A DNA stretch of 64,000 bases from Acidobacteriota bacterium (lineage in GTDB: Bacteria; Acidobacteriota; UBA6911; RPQK01; JAJDTT01). Location of the stretch: assembly GCA_965217775.1 (NCBI GenBank), contig CBDCJH010000002.1, positions 5,120,001-5,184,000 on the forward strand. The letters run 5' to 3'. Both the position numbers and the translations under genes were made by a program. This document shows, in pieces, positions 60,987 to 64,000 of this stretch. Each line of letters begins with the position of its first letter. Position 1 is the stretch's first letter. The notes under the pieces are model-generated. The model did not search any database, was not told where the DNA came from, and saw nothing but the letters and a program-made list of their open reading frames with translations.

Positions 60987-62105
60987 ATGTTGGTTCCCAA
61001 GGACGACTTCATCGGTCTTGACGACGTGGTCCATCTCTGCGCCGGGGGTGAGACTCCCAGTCTGAGAAGTCATCAGGACGCCGTGGCCCGTTTCTTCCGC
61101 GACAAGGCCAGGGGAGACGATGGCCGGCAACGGTTCGAAGAGACCTATCTGGAATGCAAGGAGAAGGCGGGGAAGCTCCTTAACGTCTCCCCGGAAGAAA
61201 TCGCGTTTCTCTCCTCCACTTCGGAAGGGGTCAACCTGTTGGCTCACGCTCTGGATTGGGAGTCGGGCGACAATGTGGTGGTGGCCGATCTGGAATTCCC
61301 TTCCGACGTCCTTCCCTGGACTCGCCTGGAGCGTCTGGGAGTGGAACTTCGCTTGGTGCGGCACCGCAATTGGCGGGTTTCCGTGTCCGATCTGGAATCG
61401 CGCATCGACTCCAGGACCCGTGTGGTCGCGGTCAGCCTGGTGAGCTTTCTGACCGGGCAGCGGCAGCTGCTCAGTGAGCTCTCGCAACGGGTCCGGTCCG
61501 CCGGGGCGCTTCTCAGCGTGGACGCGACCCACGCGGCGGGCGTCGTCCCGGTGGAAGCGGGCCTCGCCGACATCCTCATGAGCAGTTGCTACAAGTGGCT
61601 GCTGGGAACCCACGGGGTCTCCGTCTTCTACTGGAATCGAAGTCGACTGCCCGACCTGGAGCCTCCCTTCCTGGGTTGGCACACTCCGGCCAGTCTCACC
61701 GGTTGGCGCCATCCGACCCGTTACGAGCCGCGGCCAGGCGCCGCCCGCTTTGAGGCGGGGAATCCGTCGTATATCTCGGTCTACATTCTGGACAACGCGC
61801 TGGACTACCTCTCCCGCGTGGGTGTTCCCGAGATCGAAAGCTATGTCTTGGGTCTGAGCGAAAGGGTGTTGCGTGGACTCACCGAACTCGGCTTGGAGAT
61901 CATGACTCCGTCCCGGCCCCAGGAACGCGCCGGCAATGTCTGCTTCGTCGCCCCCCGGGAGCGGGCCGTGATGCAATGGTTTGAACAGCGCGGAATCGTG
62001 ATCTGGGGAGATTCCCGGCGGATTCGGGTGTCCACTCATCTCTACAATACCGCGGACGACGTGGAGAGTTTGCTCGAAACTTTGAAGGACTGTCCTCTGG
62101 TCTGA
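60987..62105 (+). CDS. class V aminotransferase / cysteine desulfurase-like protein
   Basis: STSEG, EFPS, VDATH, YKWLLG..G, RVSTHLYN. Confidence 0.88.
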   Translation: MLVPKDDFIGLDDVVHLCAGGETPSLRSHQDAVARFFRDKARGDDGRQRFEETYLECKEKAGKLLNVSPEEIAFLSSTSEGVNLLAHALDWESGDNVVVADLEFPSDVLPWTRLERLGVELRLVRHRNWRVSVSDLESRIDSRTRVVAVSLVSFLTGQRQLLSELSQRVRSAGALLSVDATHAAGVVPVEAGLADILMSSCYKWLLGTHGVSVFYWNRSRLPDLEPPFLGWHTPASLTGWRHPTRYEPRPGAARFEAGNPSYISVYILDNALDYLSRVGVPEIESYVLGLSERVLRGLTELGLEIMTPSRPQERAGNVCFVAPRERAVMQWFEQRGIVIWGDSRRIRVSTHLYNTADDVESLLETLKDCPLV

Positions 62106-62108
62106 ACC

Positions 62109-63125
62109 ATGGCTGCTCGTCCCCTGAATCTGCGTCCTCAGGAATTGGGAACGGGTGCCGGTTCCTCCCGGCCCGTCTCCCGCTGTCTCATGCTCCGGAC
62201 GGAACATCCGCAGCTTGTGCGCGCCGCTGTGGAAAAGCTGAGGAAATCGAACCTGGTTCCCGGCCGCCGCCGGCTGATCTTCGATGCGCGGGCTCAGCCC
62301 TACCCGTTGCGACTCGGGAATATCGCCGCGATCCGCCGCAGGAGCCGTTACGAGGAAGAAACCCCCGCCACGGAGGCGACGATTCTGTATCTGCCCACCG
62401 AAGAGGATTCGATTGCTCTGGAGGTCCTGAGGAGGCTGCAAGACCGGAAGATCGTGGGTCCCGGCCGGATTCTGGTGTTCTGCTCAGACGTGAAGAAAAC
62501 TCTCTACGAGTCGCGACCGGAAGTGAGCGAAGTGGTCGCCTATGGACTCAGGCAGAGCCTGAGAAACCTGCGAACCGTCCTGAGACTGGCCAGGATGAAG
62601 GTCGACGTCGTCGTGGCCATCCTATCGGGACGGCCCATATTCCGGGCCCACAAACGGCTGTTTTTTCTGCTCCCGGCTCGATCCCGACTCGTGTTCAACG
62701 AACACGGGGACTGCCATTATGTCAAGCGGAGCCTGGGCGACCTGCTCGGTCTCTGGCGCACCCCGTCCCTTCCCAAGATCGAACCCTATCGGCGCCTTTC
62801 GGGAAGAGAGTTCCGTTTCAGCGCTTTGATCCTGATCAAGGCAGTCCTGTTTCTTCCCCGTTATCTGTTCTTGATCCTGTGGCTGCGCCTGGGCAGCTTG
62901 ACAGTCCGTGGTGAAAGTCCCGCGAGCACCGAGACCGTTCCTGCGCCCGCCGGACAAGGCGCGATTCGGGTGCATACCGGGAGTATGTGCCCGAATCGCA
63001 ACGCCGTCCGCCGGGATGCAGGGACGGTCGAATGCCGTGATGACTTTTGCCACGGGCTGTTGAGGAAGGGCGGGTCGAAGCGTCTCACCGTTTTCAGAAA
63101 GGGGAGCTTCGGAGCGCGCGACTAG
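62109..63125 (+). CDS. hypothetical protein with a 54-codon in-frame MITE insert
   Basis: ORF reads through the MITE; C-terminal hydrophobic segment. Confidence 0.6.
   Translation: MAARPLNLRPQELGTGAGSSRPVSRCLMLRTEHPQLVRAAVEKLRKSNLVPGRRRLIFDARAQPYPLRLGNIAAIRRRSRYEEETPATEATILYLPTEEDSIALEVLRRLQDRKIVGPGRILVFCSDVKKTLYESRPEVSEVVAYGLRQSLRNLRTVLRLARMKVDVVVAILSGRPIFRAHKRLFFLLPARSRLVFNEHGDCHYVKRSLGDLLGLWRTPSLPKIEPYRRLSGREFRFSALILIKAVLFLPRYLFLILWLRLGSLTVRGESPASTETVPAPAGQGAIRVHTGSMCPNRNAVRRDAGTVECRDDFCHGLLRKGGSKRLTVFRKGSFGARD
62902..63059 (+). mobile_element. 158-bp MITE, copy 3 (target duplication TTGA)
   Basis: TTGA at 62898-62901 and 63060-63063; near-identical to copy 2. Confidence 0.92.
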
Positions 63126-63144
63126 TCAAGAGCCAATCAAGAAC

Positions 63145-63753
63145 TCAGGAACCGAAACGCGCCGCCACGGCATCCCAGTTCACGACGTTCCACCAGGCCT
63201 TGATGTAGTCGGGCCGCCGGTTCTGATAGCGGAGGTAGTAGGCGTGTTCCCAGACGTCGACACCCAGAAGAGGAACCTGTCCGGCCATGATGGGCGAGTC
63301 CTGATTGGCGGTGGAGAGGACCTCCAGCGATCCCGACCCGTTCTTCACCAGCCAGGCCCAGCCCGATCCGAACCGGCCCACGCCGGCGGCGGCGACGGCC
63401 TGCTGGAACTGGGCAAGGCTGCCGAAAGTGGAATTGATGGCGTCGGCCAGGGCGCCGCCCGGTTCGCCTCCGCCTCCGGGTCCCATCAGGGTCCAGAACA
63501 GGGAGTGATTGGCGTGGCCGCCGCCGTTGTTCCTGACCGCAGTCCGAATGCTCTCGGGAACCGCGGCGCAGTTGTCGGCCAACAATTCATCCAGGCTGAG
63601 GCCGGCCAACTCCGGATGCGAGGAAAGAGCATTGTTCAGGTTGCCCACGTAGGCCGCGTGGTGCTTGTCGTGATGGATTCCCATGGTGGTGGCGTCGATA
63701 TGGGGCTCCAAGGCGTCATTGGCGTAGGGAAGGGACGGCAATTCGAACGGCAT
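63145..63753 (-). CDS. sodA: superoxide dismutase (Mn-type signature)
   Basis: [34 protein letters not shown]. Confidence 0.96.
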   Translation of the reverse strand: MPFELPSLPYANDALEPHIDATTMGIHHDKHHAAYVGNLNNALSSHPELAGLSLDELLADNCAAVPESIRTAVRNNGGGHANHSLFWTLMGPGGGGEPGGALADAINSTFGSLAQFQQAVAAAGVGRFGSGWAWLVKNGSGSLEVLSTANQDSPIMAGQVPLLGVDVWEHAYYLRYQNRRPDYIKAWWNVVNWDAVAARFGS

Positions 63754-64000
63754 GAGATCTCCTTTCGATGTTCTTGGGTGAGCGGGGCGCCCGCTCGGCA
63801 GAAAAGATACCAGTCCGGGTCGGAGACGGCAAGGGATCTCGTCGGCTTGGGAAGTGTCATCGTAGTAGACTGGAGCGGGAGTCGATCGGGAGCTTGGCAT
63901 GCAATTTCCTGAAAGCCGGTGGCTGTTTACGCCCGGGTTCGTGGTCATTTTTCTGCTCGCCGAAATCTGCGCACAGGTTCCTAAGGCTTCCGATTCGGAG

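Overview
High-GC bacterial chromosome segment; gene content suggests Acidobacteriota (inference only). Housekeeping blocks: rnc, thiL, xseAB-ispA-tlyA, accD-folC, an acyl-CoA carboxylase operon, fsa/tal, ligA, lysC-dapB-dapA-dapD, iscSU, hsp20, tRNA-Phe, thrC, sodA. The accessory features are more notable. (1) At 18.4-22.3 kb, an island carries a CapH/CapP-type regulator pair divergent from an operon for a triple ubiquitin-like protein, a cysteine-free E2-like protein and a JAB-E1 fusion. This is a Bub/Bil-type bacterial ubiquitin-like conjugation system, probably defensive. (2) Downstream of tRNA-Phe and again at 55 kb, toxin-antitoxin and defence gene pieces are joined at a recurring, co-oriented ~25-bp site, GAAAGWAAGTGACTGTCCCCTTYTC (6 core copies at 5 loci). 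This suggests a cassette-capture mechanism whose enzyme is not in the window. (3) A 158-bp MITE with 4-bp target duplications (162 bp, 54 codons) has three full copies: one in frame in a gene, one disrupting a toxin, one at a stop codon. (4) There is a complete group II intron, REP-like palindromes, IS remnants, duplicated host-gene fragments flanking cargo, and a 1.15-kb non-coding region with DnaA boxes and many hairpins. All calls are from reading the sequence; no database searches were run.
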